A DNA stretch of 63,632 nt, counting the filler, from Choristocarpus tenellus KU-1152 (taxonomy: Eukaryota; Protista; Phaeophyceae): assembly GCA_964200185.2 (NCBI GenBank). It is 11 parts of 11 records of this genome, joined end to end, with 100 filler letters (N's around TTAATTAATTAA, not from the genome) between each part and the next. Parts side by side here need not be neighbours in the genome. Positions count along the whole stretch, not along the records: positions 1 to 3,306 come from CAXNAD020020911.1; positions 3,407 to 10,577 come from CAXNAD020006586.1; 9 more parts are not named here. One strand, written 5' to 3'. The number at the start of each line of letters is the position of its first letter. Within the stretch, counting starts at the first letter, position 1. This document shows, piece by piece, positions 1 through 10,677 of this stretch. Under the pieces are notes generated by a model. The model did not search any database, was not told the origin of the DNA, and saw only the letters and a list, made by a program, of their open reading frames with translations. The position numbers and the translations under genes were made by a program.

Positions 1-479
1 ATATTGGAGGCAAGTGAAGAGATCGTGGAAAACTCACTGTCATGTGATTTGGGGTGATCAACCACAGGTACCTAGCTATCTTCAATTTTGCTTTAGGGTC
101 TCCATATAATGACTCAAATAGTGCTCCGTGACACCCTTAAGTTCATCCTTGAAGAAGTTGACAAGCTCTGGTCTGCATGTATGTATTTTACAGGGTTTTT
201 TACTGGACCGGTCGGTAAGCATGTCCGCTGTTGGTCATAAGGCTGCAGGCCAGTCTGTGACCCGGTCATGCTTTCGTACATGGTCAATGGGGGCCTCGGT
301 CATGTTGAGCAAGTGATGGCCATGGATTCGGTCATTGTGGAAGGTTTTTTCTATGGCTGGTTAAGTAATTTTTTTTCAACACTCGGGACGTGACCTGTCA
401 TGATCATGCCTCCTATTTTATATTTTACCACTCTTAATGACTATTGTATCCTAAATTTCAAATTTCTATGGTAAGTACG

Positions 480-820
480 AAGTGTAGTATATATAGTGAT
501 ATTTCTATATTATTTTATGTTTTATTTAGAATATTTAAATAGTGAATTTGGTACAAATACGTTGCTGGGTGTCTGAGATGATTTGTTGTCTATGCGTGTG
601 TGTGCAAATGTCTGTTTCACATTCACGCTTGTGTAGGACATAGTGGACACCGTCCAGACATGCAAGGAAAGAAGTTAGACCAGCTGGCTGACTGGGACCG
701 GTACAATACGCTGTGGACATGGTCTGGACACGCAAGGGGAAATGTTACACTGGCCAGCCAATGGTCATAGACCAGGACATTCTAAATAGTTGTGGGACAG
801 GTCCGGCTGGTGGACGGGGC
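480..820. repeat. Dispersed repeat D (GGTCC/GGACC-rich); inverted homologue at ~7465-7818
   Basis: TTTCTATATTATTTTAT...GTGTCTGAGATGATT...GCGTGTGTGTGCAAATGTCT aligns with the reverse complement of 7700-7818. Confidence 0.7.
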
Positions 821-821
821 T

Positions 822-1079
822 GAGTGAAAGTACCTTAGAGGGTACGAGGTGTGCCCTGTTTGTCCATTTGGGGCTTGGCTTCCCATGGGCGTTTTAATAC
901 ATTTTCCTTCTCCAAAATGTTTCAGAGTGGGTAAAATGTGTATGTTATTAAGAGGTGTGTCCAGAACATCAACATTGACACTTCCTAATACACACAATAG
1001 CCAAAATTATATTAAAATTGCAACATTGGACTTTGACCCCCAAATGGACGCGACTGTGCCCTCTAATATACTTTGGTTT
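822..1079 (+). mobile_element. MITE family A (~258 bp), TSD GGCT
   Basis: Family consensus TIR GAGTGAAAGTATCTTAGAGGGTA / TACCCTCTAAGATACTTTGRCTC, subterminal GTCCATTTGGGG / CCCCAAATGGAC. 4-bp direct repeat on the flanks. Confidence 0.9.
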
Positions 1080-1322
1080 GGCTTTTTCAATTTGCTGGCA
1101 TTATTTTCCAATCACTGGCAGGGAAACTTCTATGTGTTATATCCCAAAGCTGAAGTTCTTTGCAGAGTGTGAACGAATCTTGGATACCTTCCTATGTGCA
1201 ATTACCTTATATTCAAAAACACAGCAGTGTGAGGGTCTACTGTCCAACACCTCCTAAAATTGAGCATTAATAAACCACTTGCAGGAGGGGGGGGCAAAGA
1301 TGGAAGTAGTGGTGGCAGTGGA

Positions 1323-1499
1323 GGCTCAGAGTATCTGGGAGGGGGTGGCGAATGTCCATTTGGGGCCAATTTTTCATCTTGCGATTTTTGGGTGATTTGG
1401 TGCATACGTCGGATGTGTAATGTAAGTGCACTTTTCCTGGTTTTGACCCAAAAGGACACCCTGGGGCAGATCCCCCTCCCCACCCAGATACTTTGGGTC
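1323..1499 (+). mobile_element. MITE family B (~170 bp, poly-G/poly-C TIRs)
   Basis: GGCTCAGAGTATCTGGGAGGGGG ... CCCAGATACTTTGGGTC; flanks TGGA/TGGC. Confidence 0.88.
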
Positions 1500-2139
1500 T
1501 GGCGTAGATGGGTGTGAGCAACTAAAAAATGACAGGGAGTGTCTGTTCATTATCCTCACCGTTTCTCCAGATAAAGCGAACCTGCGGCATTTCACATGCA
1601 GCAGGAATTTGTGAAAGTTGCCACAGCTCGTAGAGACAAGTACTACTCTAGTTCTGTCCCTGAAATTGTGAGGGAGAAGTGCATACAGTTGGGGTACTGG
1701 ACTATGCTATGGTGAAGACCAATCTCGCTCATGAAGGAGGCCATTGTGAGGGACTCCACTTGACTTTGGAAACATGGTATCATAACCTGATCATGGTACA
1801 TAAAAAAATGAAGTACAGAAATTAGTCATTACATATCTCTCTTGATCTGTTGAAGGACTCTTCATGGAATTATTGACAGAAACGACACTATTTACTTGTC
1901 ATTTCAACTCAATGCCAAAACACTATTGTTGTGTTGCAGTGATAGAATGGCAAGTGAATTCAGGGTGCCCATCTGTCCTTCCATCCATCTTTGTCACCTA
2001 AAAAAAAAAAAAAAAAAAAATTGAAGTACCTCTCACTTGCAGGACACAAGACAAGCAAGCAAACTGAAATCACCAAAGTCTACACTGCCCCACAACTACC
2101 AAACTCACTATGGTGAAAATCTAAACAAATTTGGAGAAA

Positions 2140-2590
2140 TTCATATCCATTGAGAAAAAACTATTACACATATTGGACAAATCAAATCCGACTTGCAACT
2201 TAAAATTTCCACATGTAGCTTCTCCTCCAGGTCAGCCTGGGTGAAGGCCTTTTCCTCAACACCGTGAATCTGGTCATAGTTCTGCTTTGCCATTAATCCA
2301 AGTAGCATGCGAAGGGAAGCATGGGTAGGTGTATGTGTAAATGATTCAAAGTAATCCTCCCTCCTCTTCTGTCTAAACTCTGCACAACCAACCTGGTCTG
2401 TACTGGTCCACTGATCCATTTGCATCCACCTTTCTTGTGAAGACCATCTTGGTTTTAGACAAGCTCCTTACAACTATCTCTGACACAGGGTACTTCAATC
2501 CACTCTCCTGCCATCCAAATTGTTGACTTCCTCATCCACAGCACCTTTCCGCAAAGGCCACTGCTCCAATTCTATTCCCCCTCTCTCTCA
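2140..2590 (-). pseudogene. Ty1/copia reverse transcriptase fragment
   Basis: AVDEEVNNL, KTKMVFTRKVDANGSVDQY, FRQK..EDYFESFT.TP.HASLRMLLGL...KAFTQADLEEKLHVEI across frameshifts. Confidence 0.75.
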
Positions 2591-2635
2591 TCATCGTCCT
2601 AGATCCAGGTGCAAGTAGAGTATCAATTCCCCACC

Positions 2636-2894
2636 GAGTGAAAGTATTTTAGAGGGTACGAGTTTTGCCCTGTTTGTCCATTTGGGACTTGGTTCCCATG
2701 GTCTCGTTTTTTTACATTTTCCTACCCCAAAATGTTTCGGATTAGGTAAAATGTATACGTTATGAAAAGGTGTGTCTGGAACAAGGATATTGACATCTCC
2801 TAACAAACATGATAGCCAAAATTACATCAAAATCGCAGCATTAGATTTTGGCCCCTAAATGGACGAGGTTTTACCCTCTAAGATACGATGGCGC
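2636..2894 (+). mobile_element. MITE family A, TSD CACC
   Basis: Full-length copy with TIRs; CACC on both flanks. Confidence 0.9.
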
Positions 2895-3306
2895 CACCAA
2901 CCTTCAGACCAATCAGTCTCTTGTCATACCCCAGATGTGGCTCTGATGGTTTACCTGCCTCAATTGGAGGATCACTGTTGTGATCTACAAGTCTCAGCAA
3001 TGGTGCATTACTGTTACAGGCGCCCCTCATTGCTCACCTTCCAGGATGTACAACTCAAATCCAATGGCCTCAAAACGACGCTACGAGGGGAGTCCACAGA
3101 TGATAACCACGTACGGTGTTAGCTTGATGCTTAGCTCAGTCAATGTCTCGTTTTTCTCTTTATTAAAAGAGGAACATCAAAAAGAACTGAGAGCGTGGTA
3201 GTCTCCATCAGCCTTCTATTAGCATCATCCACTAGTTTTCTACAGCCAAAGAGTTAAATGAAGTCTGCAAACTGCTAAGTGGATACTTTAATCATGAATC
3301 TTTACT

Positions 3307-3406
3307 NNNNNNNNNNNNNNNNNNNNNNNNNNNNNNNNNNNNNNNNNNNNTTAATTAATTAANNNNNNNNNNNNNNNNNNNNNNNNNNNNNNNNNNNNNN
3401 NNNNNN
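3307..3406. other. Artificial contig linker N44-TTAATTAATTAA-N44; also at 10578, 15527, 20453, 27436, 30864, 36944, 45741, 49633 and 60542
   Basis: The same 100-nt spacer occurs ten times, and TTAATTAATTAA puts stops in all six frames. Confidence 0.97.
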
Positions 3407-4082
3407 CCCCCCAAGATACTTTGACCCACATATTCCCCCAAACGTCTCAGGCCCCCAGTTTTGAAACCAAAGCGGGAGATTTCCGCCAACCAGGTGATGG
3501 AGATCTCGGTGTATCGATATGAAGTTATACCTCCAATATATGTATACTGATGATAAGTATGTGGTCCTCATGACTTGAGCACGTACCTTCATCAATATCT
3601 TCCACAGTCATACTGTTTCGCTAAGACCGAAAATTTTATATATTTCGTACCGAGACCAAAACTATATCACTTGGAGAATGTTGTCTACTACGTCATGTAT
3701 ATACTCCTATTATGCGTGCGTCCAACCTAACCCTATCAACGTGAGTGAAGTGAGAGAACATCCGAAGAATCTGTCACAGACCCCTTCTTGCCCACCTGCA
3801 CAGTCTCCCTGACATAAAATACATTATCTGTCTGGAGGGAACCACCTGTGCAGTGACAGATACTATCTCTCTCATCAAGACTGCCCTTGATGCACGTGTT
3901 TGGTAGCATGATCGGTACAACAATGAAGGATGATACTCATAATGAACACACAGATGGACAGACAAGAGACAAAGGATAAATGCTCTACACAATACGCTCG
4001 GAAACACACGCTGCGTGCGTGAGTGGAGGCTAGAGCACGATTTTATAATTTTGCAAGTCATTTGAACAACTTTTTTTTCAGG

Positions 4083-4235
4083 TGTTATCTGCTTTTTCTA
4101 CCAAAGTATTCACCTGATTTGAATCCTATTGAACATTGCTGGGCAAACTTTAAAAACTTAGAAAAATTATTGATAAATATACTGACTTTTCTTTTGCTAT
4201 TACTGTAGCTATGACAAAAACATTTTCGGGTCAGG
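4083..4235 (+). pseudogene. IS630/Tc1-like (DDE_3) transposase C-terminal fragment
   Basis: CYLLFLPKYSPDLNPIEHCWANFK, then a frameshift to RKIIDKYTDFSFAI. Confidence 0.75.
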
Positions 4236-4324
4236 ATATATTGTAGAACACGAGACTTCGCCCCGGATTTGATGTACGTTTCTAACTTTATGTTTAAAGT
4301 ACAATCCTACTCTGTGAAATACAT

Positions 4325-4397
4325 GGGGGATTAGCTCAAATGGTAGAGCACTTCCTTAGCATGGAAGAAGTAGTGGGATCGATACCCACATTCTCCA
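4325..4397 (+). tRNA. trnA: tRNA-Ala (anticodon AGC), eukaryotic cytosolic type
   Basis: 73-nt cloverleaf: acceptor GGGGGAT/ATTCTCC with G3:U70, D-arm GCTC/GAGC, anticodon stem CTTCC-TTAGCAT-GGAAG, T-loop ATCGATA. A TTTT Pol III terminator follows at 4402-4405. Confidence 0.95.
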
Positions 4398-4770
4398 TAT
4401 ATTTTAACCGAATCCTTCTTCGATCAGGAAAATGCTTCTATTTTCTACAGGAATTTAGATGGTTCAAATGTTGTCGACGCCACATTTTCTCCTACAAACT
4501 TGGTTTCAATCATACCATACATCGTCCTGTAACCCACTAGTTAAAGCGACGGCTGCCTCATATATTTTTGGGGTTTGAACCCTTTCAACGTATATTAATG
4601 TAAACCTGGTGTTTCGACAATGATATTCCACGGTACAAGCTCTATATAGATCGTACATATTCCTGTACTAACCTGTCTGTCTGTGACTACACGAAAAACG
4701 CTGGACCAAGATAATGATGGACACTTCAGGGCGGGTTTAGGAGAACATTATAGGGAGGAGACGGAGCGAC

Positions 4771-4976
4771 GAGCGTTGGGAGTGCTGAACCCAACGTGCG
4801 AGAAGTAAAAAAGGAATGGACCCAGTACAATTAGTTGTAGCCCAATGGTTAGTCGTTAGTGTGAGAAATAGCAGAGCGTTGGGAGTGCTGAACCCAACGT
4901 GCGAGAAGTAAAAAAGGAATGGAGCCAGTACAACTAGTTGTAGCCTAGTGGTTAGTCGTTAGTATGATAAATAGCA
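4771..4976. repeat. Tandem duplication, 2 x 103 bp
   Basis: GAGCGTTGGGAGTGCTGAACCCAACGTGCGAGAAG... starts at 4771 and 4874. Confidence 0.9.
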
Positions 4977-5214
4977 GTGTGTGGTGCCTCTGACCATGGG
5001 TCGGGAAAACTCCCAGACTAATGTGATTAATACTAAGAAAAAATAGCAAAGAATGTGGGAAGGATAATAGTTGCACACACCGTATGATGCCATTGTCTCA
5101 TCTGTCAAAGTATCTGTCGTTTTTATATCACAAAATGTCGGATCAAGATCAAGGTGGCAACGTTGAGGCGGGTCCAGGAGAAATAGTACAAATAATAAAT
5201 AATAGTATTTGTAT

Positions 5215-5320
5215 ATATTATTATGTCCTCTGACATTTTGTAGATGTGTGAGGAAAACGCCAAACCAATATTGCAAGGACCCCTGTAAAAGTAGCAGTTG
5301 TCGTGAATGTGAAAGTAGTA
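5215..5320 (-). mobile_element. Short 3' UTR fragment of the CRE-like element
   Basis: TATTATTATGTCCTCTGACATTTTG...GAATGTGAAAG matches the reverse complement of 53340-53435. Confidence 0.7.
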
Positions 5321-6269
5321 TTATTACATTAGTCTGAGGGATTCCAGAACTACAATAGAAAAAGTATCAAGGAAGTACTCCGGAAAATAAATATCAGTAA
5401 ATATATACATGACGCTTGTTGTTGTTGTGTACGTAACTTAGATGATCAAGGAGTGGCAAGATTAATTGTGGTGATAACGAAGACAAACGTTATAGTAGAT
5501 GCCATGACCACTGCACATTGGTATCCCGTTAATGCTTTCATACCAAACTTTTGATTAAATAACTTTTGTGAGTGGATATTATCCCATCCAGGGGGCGAGG
5601 TGAGATATTATTGTAAACGACATAGGGCCCTATTTCAGCATCCTGGCTCAGGCAGGTGTACATCATGAAGGTGTCGTATACACGGACTAAGGGTGGAGGC
5701 TCCACCTGATGGGGCTGCAATCTAACTTGCAGTACATCAAAGAACACTCCCTCTTAAGTTCTGCTGGGGCTTATCTTCTCTACACAAACACCACTGCGAG
5801 TATGTTAAATGTTATATTTTTCCTTCTTGGTACTGGTATAAAAAACATATAGTTAAATGCCCACTCATATTTTGTCCCTAACGGTTGATATTAGGCTTGT
5901 TCACATTCTTGTTCTGGGATATATCTGTACATTATAAACGAGGAAAAAAATATGAACATATCTGTCCATCCAGAGGAACTAAATAACTCCACCTACTACC
6001 CTGTAACGCTCACTTCTGACTCATCACCTCATCTGCGGGTAGCAATGCATGGTCCAGCTGAGTGATAATTCAACTAACATAATACAGCAATATAAACCCC
6101 TCTTTCCACGAAACAGTTGACATTGTCTGTGCCTTACCATGCTATGATAGAAGAATCATTGGAGTCAGTGATAGTGAGCACCAGCCTGTTCCGAGGTGAC
6201 CACTTGGGGAGATCCAGATTCTACTTCCGTTGCATGGCTGTAGTGTTGCAATATCATATTTGAATCAGT

Positions 6270-6536
6270 GAGTGAAAGTATTTTAGAGGGTACGAGTTTT
6301 GCCCTGTTTGTTCGTTTGGGGCTTGACTGCCCACCTTTTTTTTATTTAATTTTCCTATCCTGAAATTATTTCGGAGTAGGTAAAATGTGTACGTTTGGAG
6401 TAGGTATCATGCATATGCCTGGAACATGGATATTGACACTTCCTTACAAACACGATAGCCAAGATTACATCAAAATCGCAACATTGGATATTGGTCCCAA
6501 ATGGACTCGACTCTACCCTCTAAGATAATTTTACTC
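6270..6536 (+). mobile_element. MITE family A, TSD AGT
   Basis: Full-length copy; 3-bp AGT on both flanks. Confidence 0.9.
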
Positions 6537-7129
6537 AGTTGAAGGTAGATAATATTCTTTCTCTCGTCCTAGACTCACTATCCTGGCATCGTCCCACCAA
6601 TAAAATTGCAATGCAAGGGTTATCACCGCTTGCACCAGGGATTTCTGTGCCTCTACTTTCCCATCTTCTCCTCTTCTCGTCATCTCAACCCTCCTGCCCC
6701 CCCTACCCGTTCTTGACGTCCAATTGGTGGAGGGATGAACCACACATTTGACCTGGGTTACCTTCTTGAGGCTCTGACCTTGTCAAATATTGAGTGACCA
6801 CTCCAGGCGACTCAACTATCTCCTCCTTTTGCGCGTACCACCTGCCTCTATTCTCTCTGCAACGCAACAAACCTAATCTTTCCCTCTATGATTCACAACG
6901 GTTCCTTCTATCCCTCGGTATCATGTCGTTAATGTAACCTCGGCCCTGATGACAAGAGAAAAACATGTAGAGTCATAGTGAAGCTGTTGCAAGGGTCATA
7001 GTCCTCACCCTTAGATATGGCGATACATGCCCGTCCCTGGTAGTTGGTATCAAGGGACTACCAGATTTGGGGACGATTAACGTAAGGCCATATGATGGAC
7101 ATGTGTGGCAAATCAGTCAATTCTTGAAC

Positions 7130-7388
7130 GAGTCAAAGTAAGCGGGAGGTACCCCGAGTTTCATTACAAGGATCGTCGTAAATATGTGCTAAATTCGACT
7201 TTTTCTACAATAGCGTGTAGAATATTTCCGAATTATGTCGCAATCTTTCAAACAATAGACGAAATAAACCCTCTCAATTCAAACTCAGCACTTCATCCAT
7301 AGAAATATGGGTGAATTGCAAAAGGTTAAAAAACTGTCTTAAAGTGTAAGACGAGCAAAAATTGGGTACCTCTCGCTTACTTTGGCTC
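7130..7388 (+). mobile_element. MITE family G (259 bp); same terminal motif, different interior
   Basis: TIR GAGTCAAAGTAAGCGGGAGGTACCC / GGGTACCTCTCGCTTACTTTGGCTC; flanks AAC/AAT. Confidence 0.85.
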
Positions 7389-7825
7389 AATATTCAAGTG
7401 CTATATAATTTGTGAGAAGACTAAATCAGGGCTTTTCATCGGGTCAGTAAATTAAAGAAGTCCCATCGACGGGCCGGACCAGTCCCGCAATTATCTTACG
7501 TGTCCCAGTCCATGTTCACTAAATGCTGAACTGGTCCATGTCCATGTCCGGACTGGTCCCTCATAATTTTTTAGTATGTATTGGTCCATGTCCACTGACT
7601 GTCCAGTCTAACCTTTTTCCTTCCATGTTCGGATCATGGTCGCCCATGAGTTCAATTTTTCTGGCATATCCAGACCATGTTTACTTGGTGCTATACAAGT
7701 ATGAATACGAGACATTCGCACACACACGAATCATAATCACCTCAGACATCCAACAATGCGTTTGTATTAAATTTACAACTCAATACTCTGAATAAAACAA
7801 TATAAAATAATGTAGAAAGCAGGTT

Positions 7826-7985
7826 TGTCTGTTATTCTACCGTCATACCGATTGAGGTTCCTTGTCAAGAATCCATGATTCCAGTGGTGGATCTTCCGTG
7901 AGAATGAATCCATGGAATCTCTTCAAGAGTCCAGTTCCACAGATATGACTGCTCTTCATTCAGAGTTGTCAAACATGAAATGTTC
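7826..7985. repeat. Dispersed repeat H; homologue at ~17770-17950
   Basis: CTCTTCATTCAGAGTTGTCAAACAT vs CTCTTCATTTAGAGTTGTCAAGCAT, plus upstream TCTGTTAT..CATAC.GATTGA. Confidence 0.5.
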
Positions 7986-8235
7986 TCATTTCGTTCTCAC
8001 GTCTCGACTTTCTCTGATGATCCTCTCTCACTAGATCATCAGTTTGTCAGTCCTTACAGTTTTTTGTACAAGCTTTCTTGCACTTATCCAACCTTAACCT
8101 CGTCTTCTTGGTTCTGTTCGTCTTGGTCCGTCTGGTCCGTCTTGCCCAGTGATTCTCTTCACCACCCTTGCCTGATTGAACCATGTTATAGAACCATACG
8201 ATGCATAAAAATATAGAAATATATCACTACTACAT

Positions 8236-8463
8236 ATATTATTATTATGCCCTCTGACATTTTGCAGGTGTGCCAGGGGAAAAACTAATAAAAACTATTC
8301 ACATGTCTGAAAAATCCTTTAAGAAGAACAGCTGTCACAAAAGCGAAAAAAATTAATCCATTTTCTATTTTACTACTACATACCTATGTTGCACTACTGC
8401 CTTCCTGTGTCTCAAGCCTATTCCTGCACCCCAGCGTGAGGAGGTAGGGAAGTATCCCACGAA

Positions 8464-8467
<4 letters not shown>
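8236..8467 (-). mobile_element. 3' end (UTR + AAT tail) of the CRE-like element
   Basis: Reverse complement matches 53215-53435 and ends GTCAGAGGGCATAATAATAAT. Confidence 0.75.

Positions 8468-8468
<1 letters not shown>

Positions 8469-8501
<33 letters not shown>
8469..8501. repeat. (AT)n microsatellite
   Basis: Direct reading. Confidence 0.9.
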
Positions 8502-8503
<2 letters not shown>

Positions 8504-8529
8504 ATATATCTATTGTATATTTACCATGT

Positions 8530-10577
8530 ACACTAGAAATTGAAATTTAGGATACAATATTGAAGAGAGGCCATCACAGACGCATAAAACAGGGTACAAG
8601 GGAATGCAAGATCTGGGGAACAAAGGTACCGCCCCACTGAAGGGGAGTACACCCCCATCTCCCTTCGAAATGCCTTCATGAGGGCTCTAACAGCAACTTG
8701 GCACCAGGCCCTAACGGGATGCGCCCTAGCCACATCAGATTAGCCATCACGGCAGATGTTGGTCACGAAGAAGTGGCAGAGCTGTTTGCAAAATTATGGG
8801 AACTAGCCTACACCTCCCCAGACTCTCTACCCCTAGAGTTCTGGACACTCCGCACCAACTCCAGACTGTCCGCAATTGGGGAGAAGTGTCGTTCGGTCGC
8901 CTGCGGATCTTTTTTCAGGAGGGCATGTGCTTCAGCTTTCTGCACAGACTGGCTCCCCTACCTGGAGGAATTTTTCGGTGAAGTAGGACAATTTGGCGTT
9001 GGGATCCCAAATAGCGTAGAATGTGCACTCCTGGATATCCGCCTAAGGAATGAGTGCGGAGAATGGGTCATCAGTTTGGACGGAAGGAATGCTTTCAACA
9101 GCGTACGTTGCTCAGCTTTCATCCAGGCCCTTCCAGAGACCCTACCAGGACTCCTACCTTGTGCCTCTAAGGTATATGGGAACACCAGAAATAATCTTTT
9201 CCCCTTGGATTAGGGAGGGACGAGGATCCTATCATCAAGATCTGGGGCCCAACAGGGAGACCCACTGGGCCCCCTCTCATATTGCATGGCAACACACAAG
9301 GCCTTGCAGCAGGTTCAATCAGTCTTTGGACCTCAAGGCATATCCTCCCGAAGCTACCTCGACGACACATCCATATCAGCTAGAGAGATAAGCCCTAGCA
9401 CCATAGCTGTTTTTGAGCAGATAAAAACTAACCTCCATGAGGTAGGTATTGACCTCAATATGGACAAGGCCTTTGTCACACCTCCCCGGGGCCACCAACC
9501 CTCAGAACTGGAGCTTCTCTCTAAAGCGGGAATCAACCTAGCCCCGAACCCCAATGTTTTTGTCGCTCTAGGGGCTCCGGTCGGAACAGATGGTTTAACC
9601 TCACATGGCGGAGGTGATCGAGAACTCTGAGACACGAGCTTTGGACACACACCTCATCTAGATGGAGGACAAGCAGGTGGCCTGGCTCCTCAACTCCTGG
9701 TCCTTTTCCTCCCGGCTAGGCTATCTAGTGAGGGTCACTCCCTCCCTCCTGGCACGCTCCACCATGGAGCAAGCAGATAATACCTCATTATGGACACTAG
9801 GGAGGATAATGGAGGTAGCTGACTCAACAGAGTCAACGGATTTCTTCGGGGAGGACGTAATAATGTTTTTTTTCGCCTAGAGACCCACCATCAAGTACAA
9901 ACACAGATGCCCACAAGCGCGGGGGGTCTGGGCCTCTCCTCTATGAAACAACGCCAACACGTGGCTCTCATAGGATCACTGGTGGCTACTCTCCCCACCC
10001 TCCTAGCAAGGCAGCAAGGGTCTCATCGTGATTCCTTCTCACAAGCTGTTAGCACGAGCTCCACAGTACAGGCTTTAGGATTGTCAATCTACACCCTCCT
10101 TTCTACAGTTATACCCTCAGAAGACCTTGCCGAAAATCAAAAAGACCAAGACTGGGTAATCTGGGGGGGAATGACATCCCCTGCACCTGCCCCAGAGGCA
10201 CATATTCTAGCTACCCATGACGCCAGGATCACAAGGAAGGCTCAACACGAGATCATACGCCTCCTCAACAAGATCCGTTTTGACTCCTTCAGGACACAAC
10301 TGGCCGGCCTTACAAATGAGACACACCAAGGGAGGGAAAGCTCCTCATTGGCCCTAGTGTGCCACGGGAGCCAGTGTGGACAAGGGGCAAACACGTGGGG
10401 GCTTCAACTCAACCTCTGGAACCAGCATGCCAGATCCCCCGTCTGGAATTCAAGCTCACAGTCAGCAGATCCCTAGGGAGGGAGGAGGCCCTATCCAACA
10501 GGTGTCCAGTGGCAGGGTGCAGGAGGCAAAATGTTGATACCAGACATGCCCGCACCTGCCCCAGGGCAGGGGGACAG
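8530..10577 (+). mobile_element. CRE-clade (RLE-type) non-LTR retrotransposon, RT through Zn knuckle, degenerate
   Basis: APGPNG, QFGVG, DGRNAFNS, GAQQGDPLGP, YLDD, LGAPVG, PTSAGGLGL, CPVAGC...DTRHARTC. Stops and frameshifts present; cut by the contig end. Confidence 0.88.
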
Positions 10578-10677
10578 NNNNNNNNNNNNNNNNNNNNNNN
10601 NNNNNNNNNNNNNNNNNNNNNTTAATTAATTAANNNNNNNNNNNNNNNNNNNNNNNNNNNNNNNNNNNNNNNNNNNN

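Noticed and set aside
3351-3362. Recurrent TTAATTAATTAA palindrome as a biological site
   Set aside because: It is always centred in identical N-runs, so it is an artificial six-frame-stop linker.
4771-4976. CRISPR-like array
   Set aside because: Only two contiguous 103-bp units with no unique spacers and no cas genes; the MITE repeats are dispersed, not arrayed.
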